Positions 1 through 12,477 of a stretch of DNA of 64,000 nt are shown here, in pieces. The position numbers and the translations under genes are program-made. The stretch is from an uncultured Campylobacter sp. (lineage in GTDB: Bacteria; Campylobacterota; Campylobacteria; Campylobacterales; Campylobacteraceae), in the NCBI GenBank assembly GCA_963519915.1, contig CAUQPE010000001.1:1191-65190 (forward strand). Direction: 5' to 3'. The notes under the pieces were generated by a model. That model had not been told where the DNA came from. It ran no database searches and saw nothing but the letters and a program-made list of their open reading frames with translations. How positions within the stretch are numbered: position 1 is the first letter of the stretch; every line of letters starts with the position of its first letter.

Positions 1-922
1 TTGCCGCTTCTTTAGTAGTGTTTATTTTTGCAGTCAAATTTGGAGCGGTCGTTAGGTCAAAATCCCTTTCAAATTTTTGACTTATACTCCAGTTGCCGTT
101 TTCGTCGATTGGAGCGCTAAATTCAGCCGTTTTGCCGTTCGCGTCGGTTGCTGTTACGGTGACCAGATCGCCTTTTCTAGGGCGGGTTATCGTATCGTCA
201 GCCGTGACTCGCCCGCGTAAATTTATGGTTCTAGAGGGGTTATCTATGCTGCTATTATATGTAGCGTTATCGACTGGCAAAGTGGTTGGCTCGGTTTTGA
301 AAGATGAGTCGAGATTTCCTTTAAAGGTTACCTTTGAAGTCGGTTTGGTCGGTAGATACAAAAACTCAGGCAGGCGAATCTTGCCCTGAGAGCCGATTTC
401 GCCGACGTCAAGGTCGGTCGTATCGGCGCCTAGCGTGTAGGCCTGCGTGACGGCGGCTCGTCCGTTTACTCTACCGAAAGCCTCTATCGCGCCCTGACTT
501 GGAGTTACCTGCGTTAGCGCATTTTGCGTTCCTAGTACGTAGTTGCCTTGATTTGTTACGAGATATCTTTCTTTGTCTACGCCAAAGCTACCGGCGCGCG
601 TGTAGTAGGTGCCTGAGCCGTTCGTTACGCCGAAAAATCCCTTGCCACCGATCGCCATATCCAGGACGTTATCGGTTTTCATAAACGGGCCCTGCTTGTA
701 AAAGCTAAGCGCCGTCGTCATACCTGTAGCGCCCAGACCGACTTGATCCTGCGTCGGGTTATTGCCGGCGGCAAAGGATGTCTGATAAAAAATGCTCTTA
801 AATTCGGGTATCGAAGCGGTAAAGCCGACGTTATTTATGTTGGCGATGTTGTTCGCCCAAACGTCCATGCTAAACCCCTGCGTTCTGACGCCGCTAACGC
901 CGTTATATAGGCTTCTTACCAT
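1..922 (-). CDS. flgE: Flagellar hook protein FlgE-family (runs off the window start)
   Basis: Read manually, absent from the ORF track because it is open-ended. ATG at 920-922 gives MVRSLYNGVSGVRTQGFSMDVWANNIANINNVGF...DMAIGGKGFFGV...YYTRAGSF, the basal-body rod/hook N-terminal motif; directly downstream of flgD. Confidence 0.9.
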   Translation of the reverse strand, partial: MVRSLYNGVSGVRTQGFSMDVWANNIANINNVGFTASIPEFKSIFYQTSFAAGNNPTQDQVGLGATGMTTALSFYKQGPFMKTDNVLDMAIGGKGFFGVTNGSGTYYTRAGSFGVDKERYLVTNQGNYVLGTQNALTQVTPSQGAIEAFGRVNGRAAVTQAYTLGADTTDLDVGEIGSQGKIRLPEFLYLPTKPTSKVTFKGNLDSSFKTEPTTLPVDNATYNSSIDNPSRTINLRGRVTADDTITRPRKGDLVTVTATDANGKTAEFSAPIDENGNWSISQKFERDFDLTTAPNLTAKINTTKEAA

Positions 923-926
923 GGAT

Positions 927-1631
927 TTATCCTTTTGACGGCTCGGTAAATTCTTTGACTTTGTCGATGCTGACGTATTGTCCGCCGACCTTTACCTGTG
1001 CGACGCCGTCGATAAATTTGACGCCCTCTACGAGATAGTTGCCTACGCCGCCGTTTTTGACGTTGCCCGCCGCATCGGTGTAGCTGATCTCGACTGTGTA
1101 TGAGCCGGCTCTGGCATCGTTGCCGGCGCTATCCTTGCCGTCCCACTCGAAGGTATTGGCTCCGGCGCTGGCTTGGCCGAATTCTAGCTTTCTTACGAGT
1201 TTGCCGGTGCCGTCCTTGATATTTATCGTGCCGCCTTTTGCCGCGCTTTCTAAAAATCCCGCAAATTTGACGCCTGCGCCTTCTTCTTTTACGATACCGC
1301 TATCGCCGATTTTAGCCATCTTGCCGAGCACTCCGACGGCGTACATATTGGTGCTATTTTTTAGCTGATCGGCTAGCTTTTGCATCATTTTGTTCGTATT
1401 TTCTTGCATTTCAAGCGAAGCTAGCTGACTGGTTTGAGTTAGCATTTTTTCCGTATCCATCGGACTTGTCGGGTCTTGATACTGAAGCTCGGTTAAAAGA
1501 AGTTTCATAAAAGCGTCCTTATCTAGCTGGGCGTTTGGATTGGTGCCTGCGGCCTTTTGTAGGGCGTCCGCCGATTTTTTAGCGGCTTGGTTGTTTACCG
1601 TAAAGTTATTGGTTTCTAGTCCGTTTGACAT
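927..1631 (-). CDS. flgD: Flagellar hook capping protein FlgD
   Basis: LDKDAFMKLLLTELQYQDPTSPMD motif and FEWDGKD...G.YT Ig-like C-terminus. Confidence 0.95.
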   Translation of the reverse strand: MSNGLETNNFTVNNQAAKKSADALQKAAGTNPNAQLDKDAFMKLLLTELQYQDPTSPMDTEKMLTQTSQLASLEMQENTNKMMQKLADQLKNSTNMYAVGVLGKMAKIGDSGIVKEEGAGVKFAGFLESAAKGGTINIKDGTGKLVRKLEFGQASAGANTFEWDGKDSAGNDARAGSYTVEISYTDAAGNVKNGGVGNYLVEGVKFIDGVAQVKVGGQYVSIDKVKEFTEPSKG

Positions 1632-1658
1632 CTTTTATCCTTTAAATTTTTATATCTT

Positions 1659-1676
1659 AAGCAAATTTGATTCCAA
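1659..1676 (-). promoter_or_regulatory. sigma54 (-24/-12) promoter for flgD-flgE
   Basis: Minus strand reads TTGGAATC-AAAT-TTGCTT, with GG-N10-GC spacing, about 30 nt upstream of the flgD ATG. Confidence 0.8.
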
Positions 1677-1678
1677 AT

Positions 1679-3127
1679 TTACACATATCGCGGAACGACG
1701 AGCTCTAAACGAGGCGCCGCCGCTTCGACTTGCTCTATGCCGTCTGCATTAAATTTAGAGCCTTTGTAACTCTTTTGCCCTTGCTCTTTTTTTTGCTGAT
1801 TTTGATCGCTAAAGTTCATCTCAAGCTCGGTAAAACCCATGTTTACGAGGCTGTTTTTAAACTCGGCCTGATTTTGTAAAAATAGGTTCATCGTCTGCGT
1901 GTTGGAGCTAAAATTTATGTGCAGATTGTTGCCGCGATTTACCATCGTGATCTCGACTTCGCCCAAATTTAGCGGATTTAGCGTGATGTTAAAGCGCATG
2001 AAAGGCGATTTGTAGGCCGCGACCTGCTCTTTTAAATTTGAGCTAAAGTTATCAAACGTCTCGCGCACAGCTTGGAAATTTCTAGTTTGCGCTTTGGCGT
2101 TTGAGATTACGTCTTTTACCATCGCGTTTAGTTCGCTATTTTCGCTACCTTCGCTTTGCGGTTCGGTCAAAACTTGCTCCTCGGCGCTCTCGCGCTCCGG
2201 AAATAGCAAATTTTGCAAATTTATCTTTTTAGAGTCTTGACTGAGCACTGATTTTTCGCTTTTTGCAGCGGTTAAATTTAGCTCGCTTTCAGCTTTGAGG
2301 TTTGGCTTTTCGTCTTTTAAATTCGCTTCTTTCTCGTCCTCGTTTTTTACCGCTTCTTTTATGATTTTGGAGTTTTGAGCCAAATTTTGCGCGTCTTGCG
2401 CTTTTGCATTGGCGTCTTTTGGCTGGGTCTTATTTTGCTCTTCTTGCACGGCGGCTAGTAGCTTATTTAGCGTATCTTTTGGCTCCGGTTCGTTTGCGTT
2501 TATGGCCTCTTCGACCTTGTTTTTTAGCTCGCTAAATGCAAAATTTTTCTTAGGCGCCACCGGTTCAAAGAAATCTTTTTTCGCCAAACTCGGAAATTTC
2601 TCGCCCAGCTCGTCGGCCTGGGCTTGCGTTACTTCGATATTTTCCAGGCCTAAATTTAGCTTATTTGCGATCTCTATTAGCTCGTTTAGATTTTTGGCTC
2701 CCCTTAGCTCGTTTAGCGTCGTTTCGCTTGATAGCACTTTGGCTAGGCGATTTTCAAAATTTGGAAATTTGCTGATTTTCTCGCCGCCGCTAAGCATCTC
2801 CAAAATTTGCAAAAGCTGCATAAAAGTCGCGTTTTCAAACAAATTTTCCGCCGCTTCCTCGCCTAAAATTTCTTTTACGTCCGTGCTTTGGATAGGCGCT
2901 TTGATTTGCCCGTTTTGAACCGTTTGGGCGGATAAATTTACGGCTTTTGCCATCTCTTTTAGATCTTTTTCGCTTAAATTTTCGCCCTTTTTGGCGGCCG
3001 CGTCTAACACCATAGAGAGAAATGCGCCGTCTTCTTTGCCGCCTTTTTGCGCATTTTTGCTCTGTTTTTTCACTCCGCCTTTGATGCTCGCGTCAAATGA
3101 TAAAATATCGTTTTGAGTTGTCTGCAT
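1679..3127 (-). CDS. fliK: Flagellar hook-length control protein FliK
   Basis: C-terminal [17 protein letters not shown]...LHINF Flg_hook domain; low-complexity N-terminal part; upstream of flgD. Confidence 0.9.
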   Translation of the reverse strand: MQTTQNDILSFDASIKGGVKKQSKNAQKGGKEDGAFLSMVLDAAAKKGENLSEKDLKEMAKAVNLSAQTVQNGQIKAPIQSTDVKEILGEEAAENLFENATFMQLLQILEMLSGGEKISKFPNFENRLAKVLSSETTLNELRGAKNLNELIEIANKLNLGLENIEVTQAQADELGEKFPSLAKKDFFEPVAPKKNFAFSELKNKVEEAINANEPEPKDTLNKLLAAVQEEQNKTQPKDANAKAQDAQNLAQNSKIIKEAVKNEDEKEANLKDEKPNLKAESELNLTAAKSEKSVLSQDSKKINLQNLLFPERESAEEQVLTEPQSEGSENSELNAMVKDVISNAKAQTRNFQAVRETFDNFSSNLKEQVAAYKSPFMRFNITLNPLNLGEVEITMVNRGNNLHINFSSNTQTMNLFLQNQAEFKNSLVNMGFTELEMNFSDQNQQKKEQGQKSYKGSKFNADGIEQVEAAAPRLELVVPRYV

Positions 3128-3159
3128 AAAAACCCTTTAAATTTAACTCTCATGAGCTA

Positions 3160-3175
3160 TGCAAGAAACGTTCCA
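3160..3175 (-). promoter_or_regulatory. sigma54 (-24/-12) promoter for fliK
   Basis: Minus strand reads TGGAACG-TTTC-TTGCA, about 33 nt upstream of the fliK ATG. Confidence 0.8.
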
Positions 3176-3244
3176 CAACGGCTTTATTATTTTTATAAGG
3201 AAAATTTGGCTAAAATCAGCACCATTTTAATAACGGAGAAAAAT

Positions 3245-5053
<1,809 letters not shown>

Positions 5054-5060
5054 ATTCTAT

Positions 5061-5102
5061 AAATTTAGCCTGCAAATTTACGTTTTTTGCGGGCTAAATT
5101 TT
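5061..5102 (+). terminator. Hairpin terminator after typA
   Basis: AAATTTAGCCTGCAAA ... TTTGCGGGCTAAATTT inverted repeat just after the stop codon. Confidence 0.6.
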
Positions 5103-5287
5103 GCTTCTAGACACTCTCTCGCACATTTTTCACCCGCTTTAAATCTGCTTAATTTTACCGTCAAATTTTAGCTTTAAATATAAGGAAAAAGTAAATTATA
5201 TTACATTTTAATATAAATAAAAATAATAAATATATAAGAAATATAGTGATACAATTTCATATCAAATATTATTTTCAAGGAGCGACG

Positions 5288-5548
5288 ATGAAGAAAATTT
5301 TACTTTTAGCGGCGATTTGCGGCAGCATTTTTGCAGAGCAAACCTACGAACTAAACGTGCCGAATATGAACTGCGGCGGCTGCGCTAAGAAAATCGAAGA
5401 TGCCGCAAAAGGCGTCAAGGGCGTCACCGGAGTGAGCTTTGATCTAAAAAGCAAAGACGTAAACATCACCGCAGATAGCGGCGTGAACGTGATGGACATC
5501 GTGCAAGCAATTCAAGCCAAAAAATACAAAGTCGGTATCAAAGAATGA
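5288..5548 (+). CDS. Secreted heavy-metal-associated (HMA, MerP/CopZ-like) protein
   Basis: Signal peptide MKKILLLAAICGSIFA, then VPNMNCGGCAKKI (MxCxxC). AAGGAG SD before ATG 5288. Confidence 0.85.
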   Translation: MKKILLLAAICGSIFAEQTYELNVPNMNCGGCAKKIEDAAKGVKGVTGVSFDLKSKDVNITADSGVNVMDIVQAIQAKKYKVGIKE

Positions 5549-5811
5549 AAAAGCTAGCTCTAGCGCTGGTGCTTTGCGCGGCGGCATTTGCGGACAAGAC
5601 TTTGGTTTACGAGATCCCAAACATGGCCTGCGTGAGCTGCTACGAGGTCATCACGCAGACGCTAAATACGCTTAAGGGCGTGAAGAAATTTGAGGTAAAT
5701 TTGGAGGCTAAAACGGCCGACATCGTCGTCCAGGACGATTTTGCGGAAAATACGGTCGTAGAAGCGCTCAAAAAACAAGGCTATCAGGCGGTTTTAAAAT
5801 CTGAAAAATAA
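5545..5811 (+). CDS. Second secreted HMA (MerP/CopZ-like) protein
   Basis: Signal peptide MKKLALALVLCAAAFA and IPNMACVSC motif; ATGA overlap with the previous gene. Confidence 0.85.
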   Translation: MKKLALALVLCAAAFADKTLVYEIPNMACVSCYEVITQTLNTLKGVKKFEVNLEAKTADIVVQDDFAENTVVEALKKQGYQAVLKSEK

Positions 5812-6157
5812 CGCCCGCGCGGGATAAATTTAGCTCTTAGCGCGGTTTTTGGATTTTTAGCAAAAGCGGCTTTAGAGCTTAGCAAACCTGTTTGGCGTAG
5901 TTTTCTTAAGCGGCGACTAAATTTAGGCGTTTTTTGTTTAAATTTGCGGTTTAAAGCGCGTTTAAAAACAAAGCCAAATCGCTGCGAAGATGAACCGCAA
6001 ATAGCCGCCTTTTTACAAATTTTGCGGCGTAAATTTAGCCGAATTTAGCGACTTTTTAAAGCTAAAACGTAAGGCGAGTAAAATTTATCGCCGCCTAGAA
6101 TGCGCGGTTTTGACGCAAACGCCCAAAACCGACGAATAAATTTAACTAAGGATAATT

Positions 6158-8699
6158 ATGAAAAAAACGGCTAGCTTTTTGGTAGCGGTCGCAGCGTTAA
6201 ATTTGCCGCTTTCGCATTCGGTAGCGAGTCGCGACGCTAATCAAGACTCTGTAAATTTAACCGCATTAAAGGCGTTAAATTTAAGTACGCTAAACGCTGC
6301 GGAGGTCATGCTAGATAAAGTCGAGGTCAGCACCGACGCCAACGCTACGAAAGAACCCGGAAAACTAACGCGCGCGGATATGGATCTGATAACGTCTAAA
6401 AATCACGGCATAACCGATCTTTTAAAAGGCAATCCAAACGTCGCCTTTAGCGCGAAAAACGCCAAAAGCGTGCGCGCGGGCGAGCTGGCTCCGCAAGATA
6501 TCAGCATAAACGGCGCGAGCTACTATCAAAATAACTTTACCCTAGACGGCGCAAGCATAAATAACGACCTAGACCCTAAAAAACGCATGTGGAATAACCA
6601 CAACAACATCTGGAGCGACAGCACGATAGGCTGACAGCACGATAGGCTCGCAAGCCATGAGCGTAGATACGGATCTGTTAGGTAGCGTCGAGGTGCTAGA
6701 TAGCGCGGTCTCGGCTAGATACGGCGGCTTTCAAGGAGGCACCGTAAACGCTAAAACCAGAGACCCCAAAAGCGGCTTTCACGGCGTACTTAGCTACTCT
6801 TATACGGGCGGGGATTGGAGCAAAATTTATAAAGACGCCTCCGCCGAGCAAAGATACGACGACGGTGATCTGGCCGATATGAGCGACTTTAAAAAACGCA
6901 GGTATAGAGTCGGCGCAGAGGGGTATTTGACGCAGAATTTCGGCCTTTTGCTAGACTACTCGAGGCACCGCTCCGTCATAGAAAACCACTACAACAAAAA
7001 ACAGATAAATCAAAATTTATACTCGTTTCCAAACGACAGGCAGACTAATGATAATCTTTTCGTAAAAGGCGTTTGGGGCGTGAGCGATAAATTTACGCTA
7101 AAGCCGAGCTTTTTGTACTCTAGGCTAGATAACTACACCTCCGCCAAGCGGTACCTAGACTCCCAGCTCACGCTAAAATACGGCGGTTACGTCGCAACTC
7201 TCGAGGCGCAGGCCGATCTTGAGGGAGTATTTTTAGAACAGACGCTTAGCTACTCCGCCTCGCAAAACAGCTGAGACTATGAGCATGATACCGAGTACTA
7301 CGGCTATAAACCCTCAAACGTCAAAAACTGGGGAACCAATCCTAGCCCGAATTTCGGCTCGGGCATAGGAGGATTAAACGATTTTGAACAACGCCAAAAT
7401 AAGCTAGCGTATAAATTCGACGCAAGCGTGAAGGAATTTGAAGCACTCGGCGCATCGCATCTGGTGAAATCGGGCTTTGAGATAGCTAGACAAAGCGGCA
7501 GCTACGAGATACCGCGCACCCGCGTATCCTACGGCACGCCAAAGCCTTTGATGAGCGGAACGTGCATCGCCGGCGATAAAACATGCGTCATAGACGATAG
7601 CTTCGCATCTCAAGGCGCGGTCGGTCAATATCTATCGAGAAAAACCTACTACTACGCCGTAAAAACCAAGGCCACGCAAACTAATCTTGCCTTTTATCTC
7701 GAAGACGAGATGAGGTTTGGCACGTTTAAATTTCGTCCCGGACTTCGCATCGAGCGAAACGGCGATAACAACGACGTAAATTTAGCCCCGAGGTTGCTAG
7801 CCGAATACGAATTTGCGGATAAAAATTTCATAGGCCTTGGGTTAAACCGCTACTATGGACGAAATTTTTTCGCGTACAAGATGTATAACGGCGTGTACAG
7901 GATGTATGAGACTTGCGAGAGAAGCTCATACGGCGGGGCATATACGTGCGGCGGACTGGCTAATAACCGCCGTCCTATCAGGGAGCTAAAGACGCCTTAT
8001 GACGACGAATTTAGTGCGTATTATCGCGGCGACGTCGGCAACGCAAGGCTAAATCTAAAATACGTCAGACGCCAAGGCCGCGACGAAGTAGCGACGAAAT
8101 ACGTAAGAGAGCCGCTAACAGGCTACGGAAACGGATATTCTATATTTACCAACGAGGGGCAAAGCAAGCGTGACATCGTAACCTTAAGCGCGGCAAACAT
8201 CGCTCCGATCGAAATTTGGGGCGTAAAAAACGATTTTGAAGGCTCGCTAACCTTTACGAAGCAGAGCAGGAGTTTTACGGATTACGAAGACAACGAGATG
8301 AACGACGACGTCTCGTATAACGGAAAAATCATAAAAAAAAGCGAACTGCCCGTCGTTGATTACCATGTGCCTTTTACCGCCAAATTTCGCCACTCGGCTA
8401 AATTTAGCGGCTTTAGCGTTTCAAATTTCATAAACTATACGAGCAAAACGGACGCGCTGCTAGGCGGCTGGAATAGGACTCGCGGGATGTACGTCTATGA
8501 GCGCCAAAAGCTGCCCGCATACGCGACGTGGGATATGCGTATAGGTTACGAAAGGCGGCTGTTCGGGGATTTTCGAGCGTTTGTAAATCTTGACATAAAT
8601 AATCTTTTAAACAAAAAATTTATCGCCTCAAACGAGGGCAACTACTACGAGTACGGCCTTGGCCGCAACTTTTGGCTGGAAGCGGGTATGAAGTGGTGA
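6158..8699 (+). pseudogene. TonB-dependent outer-membrane receptor, disrupted by a 16-bp tandem duplication and an in-frame TGA
   Basis: Signal peptide; LDKVEV TonB-box-like segment; plug motifs (DLLKGNPNV, ISINGASYYQNNFTLDG, VEVLDSAVSARYGGFQGG); C-terminal NLLNKKF...GRNFWLEAGMKW. Three ORF pieces join into one frame (~841 aa) after removing the 6617-6648 duplication and reading through TGA 7272-7274. Confidence 0.9.
6617..6648 (+). repeat. Perfect 16-bp tandem duplication GACAGCACGATAGGCT x2
   Basis: Directly visible; the junction creates TGA at 6632-6634. Confidence 0.97.
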
Positions 8700-9625
8700 T
8701 TTGCTAGGATTTATCCCGTAATTTATCGCGCAAGACGCGGCAAAAGCGGGTTTGCGGCAAAATTTGCGAGCTTTAAAATGTTAAAGCGCTTTGGTTTAGT
8801 TTTTTATATGCGCCCTAAATTTGCGCCTTTTAGCTAGTTTTGGATTTTGCCTTACGGCGCAAAGTCGCAAAATTGCGTTTGTGCGCGGCGCAAATCCGCG
8901 CTTTTGCCCTCTAGGCTTGCTAGTAAGCGTAATTTGCCTACTTGCAGCCGGCAAAATCGGCAAAATAGCTAAATTTTGCATAGAATGCGAGCGGTAATTT
9001 CCTCGCCTAAACGCAAAACGCGCGGGACGGATTTTACGGCTCGGCGATTTTGCCGCTTAAAGCTAGTTTTGCTCTTGCAGCTTAAAACTCTGAAACCGCG
9101 ATAAAATTGCGGTTCGCGCTCTTTTTGGCGTGCTTAAAAACGCTATTTTTTATCGCTGCTTAAACGGCGCTAAATTTGCGATGATTTAGCCGTTAGGTCG
9201 CGTAAAATCGCCCTCAAAAGATACGAATTTATCGCGGCAAAGGGCTATGTTGTCGGCTCAGGTGAAAATTTATAAGCTAGATTCTACCCGCCGGTAGCTG
9301 CTACCCGACAAGAGTTTGCGCCGAGTCGTTTTTGCCTACACGTATCTGCTTTGATTTTTGTTTAAAAATAAGACTCAACTCGCCCGTAACGCAAAATTCG
9401 CAAACGGTTTACCTAAAAGCGTATTTTGCGTTTTTAAGCCTAAATTTAAGCGTAAAATCGGCCGCTCGTCTTGATTTTACGGCAATTAGCCCTTTTATCC
9501 GAGATTTGCTCGCAAAGCGGCTTTTGCAAAGACAAGCGAAATTTAGCATTTTGGTAGCAAACCCCGAGCGACCTAGCATCTAGCGCGGCAAAAACGAGTA
9601 TAATTTTCCGGTTTTAGCGGTTTTT

Positions 9626-9634
9626 TGATATAAT
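9626..9634 (+). promoter_or_regulatory. Extended -10 sigma70 promoter for lemA
   Basis: TGaTATAAT about 30 nt upstream of the ATG, with an AAGGAG SD. Confidence 0.7.
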
Positions 9635-9663
9635 CAAAACAAAAGTTAAATCAAAGGAGTAAA

Positions 9664-10218
9664 ATGTACATCGTCCTAGGCATCATCGCCGTTCTCGCGC
9701 TCATCGTCATCTCGGTCTACAACTCGCTAGTCGGCAAGCGCAACCAGGTCTCAAACATCAGATCGGGCGTTGATACGCAGCTAAAAAGGCGCTTTGACCT
9801 CATCCCAAACCTCGTCGCCACCGTCAAGCAGTACATCACGCACGAGCGCGAGCTGCTAGAAAACATCTCCGCGCTTAGAAGCGGCATCCAAAAGGCCGCG
9901 GGCGACGAGCAGAGATTTGCGCTAAACGGCGAGCTGTCAAACCTCATCTCAAAGCTCAACGTCGTCGTCGAGAACTACCCCGAGCTCAAAGCCAACGAAA
10001 ACGTCATGCACCTGCAAAAGACGCTAAACGAGGTCGAGGAGCAGATCTCCGCCGCGCGCCGCGCCTACAACGCCGCCGTGACTGATTATAACAACGCCGT
10101 GGAGATGTTTCCGTCAAACATCGTCGCTAGCTGGGCGAGGTTTAATAAGGCGGCATTTTTCGAGGTGCCTAAGGGTCAAGACGATCCGCACGACGTGCAC
10201 GAGCTTTTTAATCGCTAA
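9664..10218 (+). CDS. lemA: LemA family protein
   Basis: N-terminal TM helix; YNSLV...QLKRRFDLIPNLV, ENYPELKAN and RRAYNAAV..YN...FPSNIVA motifs. Confidence 0.93.
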   Translation: MYIVLGIIAVLALIVISVYNSLVGKRNQVSNIRSGVDTQLKRRFDLIPNLVATVKQYITHERELLENISALRSGIQKAAGDEQRFALNGELSNLISKLNVVVENYPELKANENVMHLQKTLNEVEEQISAARRAYNAAVTDYNNAVEMFPSNIVASWARFNKAAFFEVPKGQDDPHDVHELFNR

Positions 10219-10474
10219 ATTTGCGCTCGTTTAGTCAAATTTGACGTTAAATTTGAGTGCTTTAACTGCGCTCCTAAAATACAAGCGGGCTTCGTCGGCT
10301 CGTCAAATTTGAGCGCAAAAGCGGCGCGGGTGGCAAATTTGATCCAAATTTGAAGCACCGTCGCCCGCAAACGGCGAGCATAAATTTAAGCGGTTAAAAC
10401 GCAAATTTAAAGACGAAAGCCCGTAAAATAGCCAATTTTATAAAAACGGCGTTAGATTAAAAATAGGAGCAAAA

Positions 10475-11341
10475 ATGGACGATCTGGTCTTGCTAGAGCT
10501 TGAGCGGCAAAAGGTTTTGCGCTCGCTTTTTAGGCTAAAGCTTACCTGCGTCTTTGTAGCCGCAGCGCTTGCTTGGCTACTTTATCTAGCCGCGCAAAAC
10601 GCCGCCCTTAGCGCGGGTGCGTTTGTGGTCTGCGGGGCTGCGATGTACTATTTTTTCGAGAGTATTTTCACGGATAGCTTTACCTTTAAATTTAAGCGAA
10701 AAGTCGTGAGGAGCATCGTGGAGGACTGTGGTCTCACGTATTATCCGGGCGAGTGCGTAGAGAGCGATTATCTTTATATGATTTACGATTTTGACATCGA
10801 TAAATACTCGGGCAACGACCTGATTTTCGGGCAGATAGAGGGCGTGCGGGTCAAATTTAGCGACGTAGAGGCGACAAGTATCAAAGAGGATTTGCACGGA
10901 AACGAGACGCACAGGGTGCTTTTTGTGGGGATTTTGTTCGTCGCGGATTTTCCTAAACGGCTAAAGGGCGTCACTCAAATTTGCAGCGGTATGGATGATT
11001 TTAGGGACTACGGCGGCAAGCGCGCGAGGATGGACGACGTGGAGTTTGAGCAGCTATTTCGCGTCTATACGACCGATCAGATCGAGGCTAGATACGCGCT
11101 CACGCCTAGCCTGATGGAAAATTTAAAGCTGCTAAAAACGAGATTTCACCGCCCTATAAACATCGTGCTGACCGGGGATAAGATCTGCATGGCGATCCGC
11201 ACGGGGCGCGATAACTTCGAACCCGATCTGCGCCGTCCGCTCGTGGGCAAGGGTGCGAATAGATTTTACAAAGACGAGATTGGCGGCTTTTTGCGTATCG
11301 TCGAGGAGCTGCGGCTAAACCGTAAAATTTGGCTGGATTAG
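10475..11341 (+). CDS. DUF3137-like membrane protein (LemA-associated)
   Basis: Two N-terminal TM helices and an EFEQLFRVYTTDQIEARYALTPSLMENL motif; follows lemA. Confidence 0.8.
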   Translation: MDDLVLLELERQKVLRSLFRLKLTCVFVAAALAWLLYLAAQNAALSAGAFVVCGAAMYYFFESIFTDSFTFKFKRKVVRSIVEDCGLTYYPGECVESDYLYMIYDFDIDKYSGNDLIFGQIEGVRVKFSDVEATSIKEDLHGNETHRVLFVGILFVADFPKRLKGVTQICSGMDDFRDYGGKRARMDDVEFEQLFRVYTTDQIEARYALTPSLMENLKLLKTRFHRPINIVLTGDKICMAIRTGRDNFEPDLRRPLVGKGANRFYKDEIGGFLRIVEELRLNRKIWLD

Positions 11342-11448
11342 AGGCTTTGGCGTCAAATTTGACGGGCGGCATAACCCGCACACTAAAAACCCAAACAAGC
11401 GGACGAGACGGAAATCATCGAGTGTGGCGGTAAAACAAAAAAGGAGAG

Positions 11449-12243
11449 TTGGTGAAGGGCGTAGCGATAAACGAAACGACGATAATCGGCGATGACGGGA
11501 AATACTATAAATTTAGCTTTGAAGACGTGCGCTCGGGGCAACCTAGCGGCGGCGAGCGAGCGGCATTTCGGCCTGACGGGGCGTTTGCGAGAGATGTATT
11601 TGTGATCGCAGACGAGGGCGAAAAGCGCGCGACGAAAGACGTCAGAAGCGAGGAGACGAAGGCTACGCTAAAAGAGGGCGCGGCGTTTGATCGGGCTAGG
11701 ATACTGGGTATCGCATCGGGTATCGTACCGGCCGTGATCAAGATCTATGCATACTTTATCGCTAGCTACGGGGGACTGGCGCTGCAGATGGCGGACAATC
11801 TCGCCGTCATAGCAGCCGCACTGCTAACCTACGCGGCGCTAGGCGGAGTCGCCGGGCTCGCTCACAGCGATGATCTACACGTAAACTACGGCAAGGCGAT
11901 GATCGTGATGTTCGTCGCTCACGTCACGGCGACGCTGGCATCCTATATGGCGGATGCGGCCCATCCGCTCGCTAAGCTAGTGGCTATCATCGCGCTACTA
12001 CTGCTGGGCTACGTCGCATTCGTGTGGGGCAAGGTCTTTTTCGAGCTTGCAAGGCTAACTAGAAACGGGCTTTTTCGCGTCTATGTTTGCACGTTTTTTG
12101 CAGGCGAGCTACTGTGGGCGAGCGGTGTTTTAGCGGTATTTGGTTTCTTTTTGCTCGTGGCTTCGTTTTTCATCTATATCGCGGCTTGGGTAAAAACGGA
12201 CAAGGTCGGAGAGGCAAAGGACGCGGGGCTTTTTATGTATTAA
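11449..12243 (+). CDS. Membrane protein with N-terminal cold-shock/OB-like domain and DUF996-like multi-TM region
   Basis: IIGDDGKYYKF...A.DVF N-terminal module followed by 5-6 hydrophobic helices; AAGGAG SD. Family names are from memory. Confidence 0.6.
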   Translation: MVKGVAINETTIIGDDGKYYKFSFEDVRSGQPSGGERAAFRPDGAFARDVFVIADEGEKRATKDVRSEETKATLKEGAAFDRARILGIASGIVPAVIKIYAYFIASYGGLALQMADNLAVIAAALLTYAALGGVAGLAHSDDLHVNYGKAMIVMFVAHVTATLASYMADAAHPLAKLVAIIALLLLGYVAFVWGKVFFELARLTRNGLFRVYVCTFFAGELLWASGVLAVFGFFLLVASFFIYIAAWVKTDKVGEAKDAGLFMY

Positions 12244-12477
12244 ATTTGACTCGGCTTGGGTTTTAAATTTATCCAAATTTGAGTTAATTCGCAAGGCGAA
12301 AGCCAAACGGATAAACCGGCCTATATCCGGCGATTTACCGAAAACTAAATTTTAAACCGAGCGGGCTTGGGAGCTAGCCCAAGCTGCCTCCGCCAACCAG
12401 TGCCCGAGTCACCGCTACTAAGACCGATAAGCTCGCACAGTCGGTATCGTCAAAACTCGGGGACTTGTCGCAGTCCG

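Noticed and set aside
3113..3244. Long N-terminal extensions in the ORF track (typA, moaC, patB, rpsJ, rpsN, cas2)
   Set aside because: These are artefacts of first-start calling; conserved N-termini, mostly with SD sequences, begin downstream.
7272..7274. In-frame TGA as selenocysteine recoding
   Set aside because: It lies in the barrel region of a TonB receptor, not a redox active site. No convincing SECIS hairpin was seen, and the gene already has an upstream frameshift.
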